A program made the translations under genes and the position numbers. A stretch of 64,000 nt of DNA from the NCBI GenBank assembly GCA_964016885.1, contig OZ024741.1, positions 345,898,001-345,962,000 on the forward strand, read 5' to 3'. This document shows, piece after piece, positions 22,889 through 36,889 of this stretch; position 1 is the stretch's first letter, and the number at the start of each line of letters is the position of its first letter. This DNA comes from Eledone cirrhosa. Taxonomy: Eukaryota. Below the pieces are notes generated by a model. It saw only the letters and a list, made by a program, of their open reading frames with translations, ran no database searches and was not told where the DNA came from.

Positions 22889-24099
22889 CTCTTCCAATTC
22901 CTTTGGAAGAAGCGGGCTCCTATGGTGAGGAGATCCATCTGCTGTCAATACCCTTCGAAAGGAGGGCTGGGGATGCCATGGCTAATGATACGTAAACACG
23001 CATTAAGGCTACGGCACCTTCAGGTATTCCTCTCCGGTCAACCGGTGTGGGCCCCGTTTGTGAGGCGAGCCTTTCCCAGACTCGTCTCACTCACCGAGCT
23101 GCAATCCTGGGTCAAGCAAAGACCGAGAAAACTGGGCGCCTGGCACACCGAGTGTGCCCAGGCGCTCACGACTCTCTGGCAGGCGGACCCGGCTGTCAGT
23201 GGAGAATCCACCTCGTCATTCTATAGAGGGCTGGTGGTTAGCAGGTGCGACGACGCCCTCGGAGAAGATGAACTGGCCAACCTGTTCGGTAGGACATTCA
23301 GCCCGGGACCCATGGATAACTTCCAGAGGTCCCTGGCCTGGCAATGCTATAGAAAGGCTCTTCCCGTTCGAGAAAGGCTCTACAGACACGGGCGCCCGGG
23401 TAGGGACCCCTCGAAAAAGATCTGTCCCAGATGCGTGTGCGACGAGGAAACCGTTGCACACGCATTGGTACACTGCTCGGGCATTGCCGATCTGTGGGGC
23501 TATGTCGAACAACTGATGTCAAGGGTGGGACCGATCCGGTTGACCACCGAGTCTATTGTAACGATCAAGCCACCTCCCCTCTTCAAAAACAAAGGAGAGG
23601 CGGTGTTTCTGTGCGTAATAGCCATGGCGAAAGAGGTTGTATGGTGGACGCGTCTGAAAGGACTGAGGTCAGACACCTTTCTCTCTGGCTAACAACTGGT
23701 CCGTTTCTTCCGATATCATTTCGGAAGAAGGATCAGGATGGAGAGAGAGGTGCTGCACCCCAGCCGTTTTAATGAAAGATGGGTGAAAGTGGCGAGAATA
23801 GCCCGTGTGAATGGGCCTTCACTCTACATCAGACTATAGGTGAGGAAGATGAAAGACCAAGGGAGCACCCCTTCTCTGTGCTCCTGAGGAGAAGGGTTGC
23901 ACATTTTTTCGGGGGTGTGTGCGACCCCCCAAGGCGCCTCCTCTCTATTGAGGACTTGTTATAAATTATATTTTTTGTTATATTTTATTTTATTTTTATA
24001 TATTGTTATTGCCTCCTCCTTATTGAGGACGCCTTGTTTTGTAAACTCCCCCCATTGTACTTGTCCCACTTTTGATGCCCTGGTGGCAAATAAAAGAAA
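22889..24099 (+). mobile_element. Tx1 copy D, 5'-truncated (B-like ORF2 C-terminus, distinct 3' UTR)
   Basis: LFQFLWKKRAPMVRRSICC...CPRCVCDEETVAHALVHC; ends AATAAAAGAAA then CATATCTA(TCTA)n. Confidence 0.92.
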
Positions 24100-24101
24100 C
24101 A

Positions 24102-24178
<77 letters not shown>

Positions 24179-24203
24179 CTCTCTCTATCTATCTATCTAT
24201 CTA
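24100..24203. repeat. (TCTA)n closing the Tx1 array
   Basis: Direct inspection. Confidence 0.97.
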
Positions 24204-24377
24204 GTCCTTTCTTCTACATGTCTTTCATTCTGTTCTTTCATTCTGTTCTTTTAGTTCTCTACTTCTATATTATTTTTTTCCAATTATACAATCTTAATTT
24301 TTTTAGCATCATTACTATTTCAAGAATCCCCAACCATTTGTGGTGTGTTTCTGTATTTAAGTGTGAGAGAATGTATG

Positions 24378-24419
<42 letters not shown>

Positions 24420-24528
24420 ATATATATATGTATATGAACACACGTGCACACCCATATATAACATTGTTTCTACTCCTCACTCTCACTTACTATCTTTTCA
24501 TCTTTTTATCTCTCTTTCGCTCTTTCTT

Positions 24529-24910
<382 letters not shown>

Positions 24911-25099
24911 AAGATATGAGTTTGTGTATTGTGTTTGATTATGTGACATCATATAATGACGTTTCCCAAAATTCTTGTTTAAACACTCCTCTAGTTTATT
25001 AAAGTCATTATTTAATTAGTTTTGTTTTCATACAAATAATTACATAATTACTCAAATATATATTCACACATACAAACACACACGAATAAACACGCATAC

Positions 25100-25159
<60 letters not shown>

Positions 25160-25247
25160 TTTTATTCACACACATATCTAATTACACTCAAACACAAATA
25201 CACATAAATGGCTAAGATTTCGACATATCCACATGTAATTATATATG

Positions 25248-25351
<104 letters not shown>

Positions 25352-25974
25352 CATAGACATATAGATATATAGAGAGAAGTAACTCACTTTCTCCTATGTC
25401 TCATCCATAAAAAAACATACAAACACTAACAAGAAGTGAGCATACACACAATCACACGCTCACAGTCACATATCTACACACATTTAAACTTTACACACGC
25501 ACATTACATTACGAGATGATAATTTACAAGAAAACTTGCTCCTGCGGCGAAAACGTCACTGGAAAAGCTTTTTCCTTGCTCATCATAAACAACATTAATA
25601 AATATGACGTCACAGTCTTTCACCCTTCTCTTACTCATTTATTCTTAGATAAAAATTTAGAGTTTGCTCACGGCTTTGGCTTGATTACTGATGTAATTAT
25701 GCATGGCATACATAAACTACTCCACCTGGTTTAAAAAAAAACAAAAAAATAAATCCAGAGGGCCTTTGGAATGACCAAATGAGGTTCGTTTTTCACACAT
25801 AGACCCCGAGAATAAACAATGCAATTATTAATAAAAAGAGTCGAATTGTATGCATGTAAGATTTCTCAGTTCTAGCATCATTCCTTCAAAGTCAGCCTAT
25901 ACATTTTTCTGCCGACCCTCGTAAAGCTAAACTCAGTGTTTGAATGTAATTATTTCTATGGCAGTGAGAATAGA

Positions 25975-26212
<238 letters not shown>

Positions 26213-26785
26213 ACCATAACTGACTGCAACCATGCTTCAGCAATGTCTACAAAGGTTTCAGTCAAACATGCTGACCGTAGTATTGTCATCGATTACATAT
26301 AAGTTGAAAGGAAAAATGACTATAGACGAATCAAACGTTGCTGGAAGTACGAAACCAAATACAACAATTTTACTTCTGTCTGAGAATCAATTCTGAAACA
26401 CGTAGTTTTCGTGGCCATCACTTTTATCAGGCAGTGTATAAAAGGTAATATTCGTTATGAACATATAACAGTCTGTCAGATGGAATTGGATAGAAAACCA
26501 ACCGAGTTACATAATGACACTAAATATTTAATTCCATGCTCATCATGGAATTAAATTTCCGGGGGATATTATCTATATGTAAATGCGAAATACACGATTT
26601 CAACAAAGAAAATATGAATTCCTCTTACAGTAATATAATTGAATAGAAGTACTTAATGGAAAAATATGAATAAAGGTAAATTACGTAGGGATTCGTTATA
26701 AGCTTAAGGGAGGAAAATTACATATCTACCAAACTCTCTCTCTCTGACACACACACACGCACGCGCGCACACACACATACACGCA

Positions 26786-26879
<94 letters not shown>

Positions 26880-26964
26880 CAGGGTGTCCCCAAAAATGTA
26901 TACACACTTTAATTACCCGTAGAATGCCGTTGAAGTGTGTATACATTTTTTGGGGGACACCCTG
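26880..26964. mobile_element. 85-bp Tc1/mariner-type MITE
   Basis: About 30-bp TIRs CAGGGTGTCCCC..AAAAATGTATACACACTT, flanked by TA on both sides. Confidence 0.85.
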
Positions 26965-27174
26965 TATATAAAGGCGAAATGATACAAATGGAATGAAGGA
27001 AATATGGTAGAAGTAGGGACAAAAGGAAATATTTAATGCAAGCTAAACGAAATATGAAAATGAGACACGTAGAGGACGTACAAAGCATGTATACAACAAT
27101 GAATGCCGAATAAAAAGAAAATGTAAAGATCTGATTTTTATATGTATATATATATATATACATATATATATATG

Positions 27175-27255
<81 letters not shown>

Positions 27256-27259
<4 letters not shown>

Positions 27260-30200
27260 CTTTGATAACTTTGGTAGGTTTCTGCCAGTATTGGCCCAGG
27301 CTATGTCTAACTTAATAGCACCTCCTGGCGAAGTCTTACAAATCAGTGTTTGGGCACCATAGCCCACTCGAACAGAGTGTTGTTGTTTACGGAGGCATAT
27401 CCGGGTGTAGGAGGCTTATCCGGGATTTCTTGAAGGAATTTATCCAAAGACTTCTTGAACTTGATGGGGTCTGTTTCTGCTTTGATGTGTTTTGGTGTAA
27501 TGTTAAAGAGAGCAGGGTCAATTGAGGTGAAATAATTGTGCCGCATTGTTGTTATGAGATGCGAGTGAGATTTTTGTCGTGGGCGGATAGCATGGGGCCC
27601 AAGCCTTGGGTGTTCACTAAAGGTGATGCCAACATCATTTGGGCAAAGCTGATGCAGATAATGTAGCACTCACGGCGACGTTGGAGAGAATAAAGGTTGA
27701 GCTTTTCTAATCGACTCCAATAGTCAAGGCCTGTCATGCCATCTATCATTTATAATTGACCTTTGGGGAGCTTCAACTTTCACGATACTTTGTTTCGTGC
27801 GGGGTGACCACAGTCGACAACAGTATTCAAGGTGGGGTCGAGAAAAAGTGGAGAAGAGAAGGATAACAGTGTGGATATCTCTCAACTGGAAAGTTCTGAG
27901 AATCCAGGAACACATTCTGCGGGCCATATCAACTTTGCTGTTTATATGAGTGGCCCAGCTTATGTTGTTGTCCACAATTACACCCAGGTATCTGATGTTA
28001 TTGGAAGACACTAGAGTTTCACCCGAAAGAAGAGAGTATGGTAGTTTCAGGGCATCCTTTTTTCCAAAGTGGATTAATTCAAACTTATCCTCATTCAACA
28101 GCATATTATTCTTTTCTGCCCATTGGATAACAGCCAGAAGGTCTGACTGAAGGCAAGTCCGGTCACCCACCCTTTGGAGCTTGGAATCATCTGCGAAGAT
28201 TCTTACGTTCCTGTGCTTGATGATGTCAGTAATGTCATTAATGTAGATGATGAAAAGAAGTGGGCCCAACACAGTGCCTGTAGGACGCCACTGCTAACTT
28301 TGGCAGGACTTGATTTTACTCCTTCGACTACAACATGCTGGGTTCTGTCTGTCAGGAAACATTTGATCCACTGTAGTAACCTTCCAGAGACACCAACATT
28401 GGATAGTTTTTTTCAGTAGAATCTTATGATCAACCCTGTCAAAGGCCTTGCTGAAATCAAGATAGATGACATCAGTGTTGGAGCCCTCTCCCAAAGCTCT
28501 CAAAACATCGTCAAAGTGATGCAGGAGCTGCGTTAGGCAGTCCCTTCCATTACGGAACCCACGTTGTTTGGAGTTCATCAGGAGTTGCTTTCAAGAAAGT
28601 GGGTTATTCGTGATCTCACCACCCTCTCAAATACCTTGTTAATATGAGAGGTGAGTGAGATCGGACGGTAGTTCACTGCAAGGGACTTATTTCCCTTTTT
28701 GAAGACTGGGACAACGGACTGAGACAGAAAGTGTTCAGGAATATAGCCAGTGTCCAGTGAGTTCCCCCACAGATTAGGAAGAGGCGATGCAAGTTGGTGT
28801 CGACACACCTTCAAGACACAAGCAGGGAACCTGTCGGGGCCTACTACTGAATTGTGTTTAATTTCGTTTATTGCCGCTAAGACATCAGGGGCGCCAAACG
28901 TTATGTCTGATATAGTGTGTTGGGGATTAACATCACTGATACAGCCCAGATCGGCCATATCAGGATTGCTGAAAACAGAGCAGTAGTGTTTGTGCAGTAT
29001 CTCGCCCATGGTTTTGGCATTGTCTTGGAGTGTGCCACTTTCATCAACTAGAGGGCCAACAGTGGAGACGGTGACCTTGTGTTTTTTAGCAAATGAAAAG
29101 AACACTTTGGGGTTGAGTTTGATTTTCTCAATGGCCCACCTCTCTTCAGCTAATCTCTGGTTATTGATGATGGTCATCATGCATTGCTGGAAGTTATATT
29201 TTTTTTTACTCAAGCAGGGCGATAGCCATCGAATGTCTGTGTTGCTGTTGGCAGTATTTTAGTGTGATAATTTTTTTGTTTGTTCTTTTTATTTTTCTGA
29301 TAATTGTTTTTCTGTTCTGGGGGATACTGCACTTGGTTTTGTTCACAGGTTTTGGTGGGGTGTGTTTTGTACATATATTTGTGACAGTGTCTACAAAGAT
29401 CTGCCAAGATGTTTTAATGTTGGTGGAAATGTGTGCGTGTGTAAAAGACCAGTCGACATGTGATAGTTCGTTCATAATTGCATCCCAGTTGGCATTGTAA
29501 AGATCCATCTTCTCAAATGGGTGGGCTGGAGAGAGGACCCTTGGATTAGCTTTCGGTTGGTGGAATCTCAGGTTACAAAGAACCATGTCATGGTCTGAGA
29601 GAAGGCTTTTTTCCACTGTAATATTATGGATAGTGTTAGTGTGGTTACTAAACACTAGATCCAGAATGTTCTTCTGGTGCCTTGTTGGTGCAAGGACAAG
29701 TTGGGACAAGAAAGACTCATTCATGAAGTGAAGAAGTGATTCGACAGCTTCTTTGTCAGTGGTTGAGGTTGGGGTGCCTGGTTTCAAACTACATGTAGAC
29801 CAATCGACACAGTAGATTAAAGTCTCCCATCAAAAGTATGTTGCTAGAATGGCATTGTTTAATAAAACATTTAATACTGTTGAGGCATTCTTTGAAGCAG
29901 ATTATGGGTGTTTGTGGTGGCCTGCAGAGCCCAACTAATATCAGGTCATTGGCTTTATTGTGCACAGTGACTGATTCACAGTAGCCATTGGAGAATGTTG
30001 TGTTACCATCTGCCGTAAAGGAATCATGCAGGAAAATAGCAGTTCCACCCTTCCTTCCGCCAACACGATCCGCACGGATGGTTGTGAAATTCCTCACTCT
30101 TACTTCGGCCTCCAAGTGGGAGTTGTCAAGGTGGGTCTCAGTAAGAATGAAGAAGGGATGTGAAATGGATGGTTACCAACCCAATCCTAAATGAATTGGA

Positions 30201-30360
30201 TCTTCCATTTCTGTGCATTGATGGATGGGCTGATACCTTGTGTATTGAGTAAAAATGTGGAGGCTAGTGTGGTGGGTGGTTTTGACTGTTGTAGGGTTTA
30301 TTTTTCAGATTGTGACAGCCAAGATGGTGTTGGGTGATGGCTGAAATGTTTTTCTCCATC
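27256..30360 (-). mobile_element. CR1-clade LINE, ORF2 pseudogene (APE + RT), 5'-truncated
   Basis: LMGDFN, NYRPISLTS, QRGFRNGRDCLTQLL, DFSKAFDRVDH, FADDSKL, RPHLEYC, LYSLQRRR; 3' tail (CAAAGTTAT)2. Confidence 0.9.
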
Positions 30361-30469
30361 TCTTTTGCCAGGTTCATGGCTAAAAAAGAAAGAAAAAAAA
30401 ATATATAGAAATGGCTTCTATAGGGCTAGAACTGTTTCATACGGGAGAAATCATCAGGAAGCCCTGATG

Positions 30470-30912
<443 letters not shown>

Positions 30913-30950
30913 TATATATTAATAAAATAGATGTTCTTTTGATCAATTAA

Positions 30951-31003
30951 ATTTTATTATACATATTTCGGAGGTACAACAGTACGTCCTCATCAGACAA
31001 AAT
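30951..31003 (-). ncRNA. Type I hammerhead ribozyme in the 3' pLTR of the Naiad-like element
   Basis: ATTTTGT-CTGATGA-GGAC GTAC(TGTT)GTAC CTCC-GAAA-TATGTA-TA-ATAAAAT. Confidence 0.8.
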
Positions 31004-32315
31004 ATAATGATACATGACATACCCTGAGATGTTAAATGGTTAAGATTTAATCAAGGTAGTGATTAACCTAAGAGAAAATTCAACATTTATACCCTAATAA
31101 TGAGAAAATGCGAAAACGTAATCAATTCAATAGAGAATGTGTGAGTAAGAAAAACGTTAGTTAATGTGACAGCTATAGAGATTTTAAAATGTAGGATACT
31201 ACAAGTTATGGTTATCTAGGAAAACATCTCATGAATTATAACAGTCAATGAGGACCGCTGAAAGAGGGTTTAAAGAGAGGGAAAGATAAAGGGGATTAAT
31301 ATATGCAGAAAGAGATTTTTTCCAAAAGCTAAACGGTTAAATTTCAAAATATTTAATTTATGTTATTTTAGGGTGAAGAATCAAGATTTTAGGTTTTTTT
31401 AAATGTTGCTGGTTATTTATGTTTATTAATTTTAAAAATTCTATAATTTCTAAACTTCTGAATTTTATGAGGATAACATTTGAAAGATTTACCTGGCCAG
31501 CGAAAGGAAAATTTACACTGTTGAATATTTTCCTAAATGTAAACTTTAACGAAGATTACCTATTAAAATGTCAACATTTTCGGTATGTAAAGCTTATTGT
31601 TAGAAATATTTAAATAACGATTATGTATATAGATATATATTAATGAGCCAGTATATTTTAGGTAAATGATAACGAATATAAAATAATAGATTGAAGCATG
31701 CTAAAGTTAAATAGATACCTATATATAACAGGGTGTAAATGCATGAATTATTCACAGTTCAAAATAAATAATAACCTAGAAATTTAGAAGTTATCTAAAA
31801 ATGATGTACAGAGAGATACAGGGAGGTATATATAGATATATATTAAGTATTAGTGATACAGTATACTTTAGGTAAATGATAACGATTATAATCTTATATA
31901 ATAGATTTCAACGTGTTACAGTTAAATACATACATATATATAAGAAAAATAATATAAATGCATGGATAATTCAGAGTTCAAAATAAGGTCCGTAATAATT
32001 TATAGTTTGGATATTTGCTCTATATTTGAATCATGGATATAAAAATACGGTAGGTATATTTAAAAACTTACAAAAGATAATTACATACATAATATAAATA
32101 AGAAATAAAAAATGTAAACACATGAAAGATTCACAGTTAAAAATAAGTTCCGTAAAAATATACGGGTTGGATATTTAAACTAACATTTAAAACTTAGATA
32201 GGAAAATAAAGATAGAGAAATAATGGTATGGATCAAAGTTAATAATATTATGTTATGTATACCAACGTGCCAGCGTGTTATTGAACAAGTGTCATTCATT
32301 CGAGCGTTATTTTTT

Positions 32316-33390
32316 TTATAGATAGTTATAAGATAATTCAATATTAAAGGCCATTAATGTTTTCCCCTGTTGATTATATACGTCTGAAAACCAAGTTTTT
32401 AATGGTTTAGTGTTTCTTTCTCTTTTTTTTCTAGTTTTGTGGGAGGCTAAGAATGTAGACGTAGCTTTATGAAGGCAACTAGAGAATAATTCACTTTTTT
32501 TGTTAATTAGGGTCTCATAGTTATTAATAATCAACAGGGTCTCCATTGTACAGAGGGTGCAGTTATTTGATATACTAGAGTTGCGGTAAACTCCACAATT
32601 CCGAAGTTTTGTCCAAAGAATGGAGTATTTTAAATTCCTCGCTTTTAATGACCATATGAGCTGTGATAAAGAAGTGCATGATTTCCTCTTGGAGTTCGAG
32701 AATGAGCATTTATGGTTCGCAAATCTGGCTTTGAATGTAGAAGAAGTCAATCCTATGTAGTTGTATGTGTTGTGATCAGTTTTTACGGTGCATTTATAAA
32801 CCAAATTACTATCTAGACAATTATTTTGCAAAGGGCAGTCAGTTTATTTCTACAATTACATTTGGGTTTAGTATCATTTATGTTAACTCTATTATTAAGA
32901 TCATTATGCTGGTTTTGTTTTAGGATTTTAGTGTTTAATTTGGCAATGTTTTGGGCCATGTTCATAGTTGTAGAATACGAGAATTTATTGGTGTGTCTAT
33001 TAAAAATGGAATGGTATTTATGTTGAGTAGGGAAAGAGGTGTCCAAAGCGTTAAAGAATAATTTTGCAATTGGTGTTCTAACTGCGACCGAAGCAAGGGG
33101 GGCGAACCATATGACTGATTTAGTTCTAGTTCTTATCCTCGATTTATTTGGCGTATGGGTGTTTGAATTATAATTATTAGAGTTTCTCTTATATATGTTA
33201 TTATTTTTATAAAGATTAGTACTTGGATTATTATTATCTACATATTCTATATTATTCACATATCCTGCTCTTTTTAACGCGTTGTTGTAGTATTCAGCGT
33301 TTTCATCGAAAATAGCTTTATTGGGTGATATTTTATTAATTCGTTTTTGCACACTATTTACTATACCTTTCTTTTACAGATTTAGGGTGC
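32316..33390 (-). pseudogene. Penelope-like RT C-terminus plus GIY-YIG endonuclease (frameshifted)
   Basis: KCNCRNK/DCPLQNNCLDSNLVYKC..YIGLTSSTFKARFANHKCSF..TSLSQLIWSLK..CTLCTME..LINKKSELFSSCLH. Confidence 0.88.
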
Positions 33391-33446
33391 TTCCAATCTA
33401 CTGTAAAACTCATTCTTTGATATACTCATTGAATCTTGTTTAACTC

Positions 33447-33578
<132 letters not shown>

Positions 33579-33583
33579 ATATA

Positions 33584-33822
33584 TTCAAATCTCGCCGAGG
33601 TTAACTTTGCCTTTCAACCTTACGGGGTCGATAAAATAAAGTACCAGTAATACACTGGATAATTGCTGGCCTTGTGCCAAAAGTAGAAACAATTATTTAT
33701 TCAAAGTAAGGTTAACTTTGTCTTTCATCCTTACGAGGTCGATAAAATAAAGTACTAGTAATACACTGGGATAATTGCTGGCCTTGTGCCAAAAAGTAGA
33801 AACAATTATTTATTCAAAGTAA
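33584..33822 (+). mobile_element. Tandemly duplicated 3' half of the octopus-type SINE
   Basis: GGTTAACTTTG..GTCGATAAAATAAAGTAC..GTAGAAACAATTATTTATTCAAAGTAA occurs twice. Confidence 0.8.
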
Positions 33823-34043
33823 TCCAACTTATTTTACAAACGGGATAAAAAATATATATTCTGGATGCAGTCCCGCACTCCTTACTTTACTATAGTTTAG
33901 ATTTCCACGGTTATCTATGCTATTGAGAAGTCGTTCATACATTTGTTGTTGTTATGAGAATGGTATCCTCAGATGAAAAATTTCATGTAAGTCTAATATA
34001 CAGTTAAATAAAACCGCAGTACCTTTACTTTTCGGACAAACCT

Positions 34044-34194
<151 letters not shown>

Positions 34195-34275
34195 GGTAAA
34201 CAGAAATAACAACACAATCGGTACAGTATATGGAAGGGATATATAAGGTTAACGCTTGATATAGCAGGAAGAGAG

Positions 34276-34311
34276 TCTTAACGTTTCGGACGCTAGTCCT
34301 TCATCAGAAGA
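34276..34311 (-). ncRNA. Minimal type I hammerhead ribozyme in a pLTR fragment (about 34190-34340)
   Basis: TCTT-CTGATGA-A-GGAC(TAGC)GTCC-GAA-ACGT-T-AAGA; palindromic stem III. Confidence 0.75.
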
Positions 34312-34384
34312 AAGAATGAGAAATAAGATAGATTGAAGGGACGGTATTATTTAAAAGTATATGAGACTTACATGAAATTACTAG

Positions 34385-35290
34385 TTATTTCCTTCAAAAT
34401 ACGATTTCAACTTAACGCAAGAGGTAGAAATCCCACGCAGCTAGATCTTTGCTGCAGGGAGGATGTTGATGGGTGGTCATGTTTTTCTTCGCCAGAAATT
34501 TTCTAATTGAAAGTACCGTGTGAGCAGGCGCGTTATCGTGGTGCAGTACCCAATCTCCTGTAATGTTCTTTAGGACTCGCTAGACCTCTTTTCGAAGTCG
34601 TTCCAAGACATCTTTTTAGATGATGTGATTAACTGTCTGTCTTGAAGGTAAACTTTTTTTGTCAACAACACCATAGCTATCAAAAAGAAAAAAAATGATA
34701 ATCATCATTTTCACCCCGGATCTCCTCATATGTACTTTCTTCAGACGAGGAGAACTTTTCGTATGCCACTCCTCAGTTTCCCGTCTTGTCTCTGCATCAT
34801 ACACCCATGATTCATCTCCTATTTTCCTTTTATGCAAGAAATTTGGCACAAATTTCGAATCTTTCTAGCAAACCCTGACAAATTTCCCCATCGGTCCGCT
34901 TTTCGCTCCACATGCAAATGTCTGCGCAGGAGTTTAACACAAATTTTTCGCATGTGCAAACGCTCTGTTAAAATTCTATGAACTGCATTTGTATCAAAGC
35001 CCGTTTCTTTTACAATCATCCTAACACTTAATCTGCGAACTGTCGCCATCACTGCTCACATTTTGTTCATTTGTTGACGAGATTGGTCTTCCAGAATGTC
35101 TTCAACATTTTCTTGGCATTATTTGAAACCTATGTACCATTTAATAGAAACTTACCTCTGGATAGAGTGGCATCTCCATAAGCTTGTGTTAAAGAATTAA
35201 ACGTTTTGATGGCAGAATTGTTGAGTTTCATACAAAATTTGATCGCGTACGGTTGTTCGATTTTTTCCTGCATCGCAAACGTAACAGGTT
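34385..35290 (-). mobile_element. Mariner transposase relic; a mariner-like TIR end also lies at about 34010-34046
   Basis: RRLSVRMI..VHRILTERLHMRKIC, GDESWVYDAET, FFDSYGVV..QTVN and LHHDNAPAH on the minus strand. Confidence 0.85.
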
Positions 35291-35566
35291 ATAAGCACGT
35301 CTGTACATATACAGCAGTAACTCACGACGGACACAATTGATCATGTTAAAACAAGTATGTAGGTACAACCAAGGTCTTACGTAATACGTCTATGTACACC
35401 AGTGAGGTGCTACGGTACCATGTCGTACATAGGAAAATCAGTGTGTGGGACTGTGAATGTGTATGAAGGAGAATTTGCTGAAATATATTTCTTCAGAATA
35501 TATATATATGCGGATAATTGACGTCTTGATGTGGTAGCTAAGTATATTTTATGTTTATACCATTAC

Positions 35567-35892
35567 TTATTTGTATAGGAAAGTATATATTACATGTATG
35601 TTTTGTGAAGGTACGTATACTTTCTCGTACGTATATTTGCTTGTATTTGTTATAGGTATATATATTATATTATATAAACTGGTACATGTGTATATGGTTA
35701 TGTGTATACGTGTATTTTGCGTTTGTGTGTGTATGCGAGTTTGCACGTATGTAGGGTGTGTACCTTGTGTTTTTGTTGACGTATGTTTAGCGAACATATG
35801 TGTATTTATCTGTAGGTTTGTGTGCGCGCGCTTTATATACGTATTTATGTGTGTATATTTATATACGTTTATATAATTATAGACGCACACAC

Positions 35893-35923
<31 letters not shown>

Positions 35924-36550
35924 TTATGTGTATTTGGTGTACACGTTCGTATTTGTGCGGGTACAGGTGTTGCGCGGGTTTTTGTATGTGTGCGCGTGTT
36001 TTCGTGTACGGGCTTATATATGCATACACATGGCGGGTGTTTTCGCCTATGCATGTGTATGTACGTATATGGATGCGTGCATGTATATATTTAATTATTG
36101 TTGATTTCAATAACCTCTGTAATTTATTTACATTATTCTTAACTCTGATGCCGGGAATCATTCGTTTTCCTAAATAGAATTTTGTTCTACGATTTCATTT
36201 ATACCATAAGCGTGGTTTTGTCTTTGCGTGTAATTGTTCTCACCGCTCCAAATAATGATGTATTATCTTCGCTTTTTTCCGTTCATTGCCAGGTACGTCT
36301 CCACGTACCCATGTATCGTTTTCCTGTTTTCCTTCGGTTGCAACGTTTTTCGAAATATTTACGCCTGCGTTCACAGATTGATTTTTTTAGTTTCAGAAGA
36401 TCTCGTTAAGGGTGAAAGCAGCGATTCTTTGCTTAAACTTTAATCTGCTTTTTTAATAAATATTTTCTCTAGTGTTCTTATATATTTGGTATATATTTAT
36501 CCTTATCGAACCCTCTTTGGATTTTAGTCTTTGCATTTATTATTATTACC
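35567..36550 (+). mobile_element. Copy of the TA-associated repeat family also at 43147-44464, 47307-47389 and 58387-58880
   Basis: Shared TTTCAGAAGATCYCGTTAAGGGTGAAAGCAGCGATTCTTTGCTTAAACTTTAATCTG and terminal GGATTTTAGTCTT..TTATTATTAC. Confidence 0.8.
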
Positions 36551-36554
36551 AATA

Positions 36555-36858
36555 TTATCCTTATGAAGTCGATAAAATAAAGTACCAGTAATACCCTGGG
36601 ATAATTGCTGGCCTTGTGCCAAAGGTAGAAACAATTATTACTATTATCATTATGGGGCAGTGAGGTGGCAATATTGGTAGAGGGTCGGACGCCATGCTTT
36701 GACGCATAGAGTTACGGCCCTTGCCATTCTGAGTTCAAATCCCGCCGAGGTTAACTTTGCCCTTTATCCTTACGGGGTCGATAAAATAAAGTACCCGTAA
36801 TGTACTGGGTAATTGCTGGCCTTGTGCCAATAGTAGAAACAATTATTACTATTATTAT

Positions 36859-36860
<2 letters not shown>
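36555..36860 (+). mobile_element. Octopus-type SINE (partial copy plus full copy 36654-36860)
   Basis: A-box-like GGTGGCAATATTGG, B-box GAGTTCAAATCCC, shared body and (ATT)n tail. Confidence 0.85.

Positions 36861-36889
<29 letters not shown>

Noticed and set aside
11519-23522. Long antisense and alternative-frame ORFs within the Tx1 copies (e.g. 11614-12369, 21357-21962)
   Set aside because: Shadow ORFs from compositional bias; no recognisable motifs and not conserved as ORFs between copies.
22700-23692. 330-aa ORF running from the C 3' UTR through (TCTA)n into D
   Set aside because: Chance in-frame fusion because TCTA repeats lack stop codons on this strand.
25500-25740. Unique-looking segment with a TGACGTCA site and a 72-aa ORF
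   Set aside because: A single 8-mer and an unremarkable ORF are not enough evidence.
32316-32870. Selenoprotein-coding Naiad
   Set aside because: The conserved cysteines in the visible part are TGT/TGC; no in-frame TGA at Cys positions.
36385-36430. CAGAAGA-TCYC(GTTAA)GGGT-GAAA hammerhead-like motif in the 43147 family
   Set aside because: U4 is altered and no UH site or stem I pairing follows; at best a relic.
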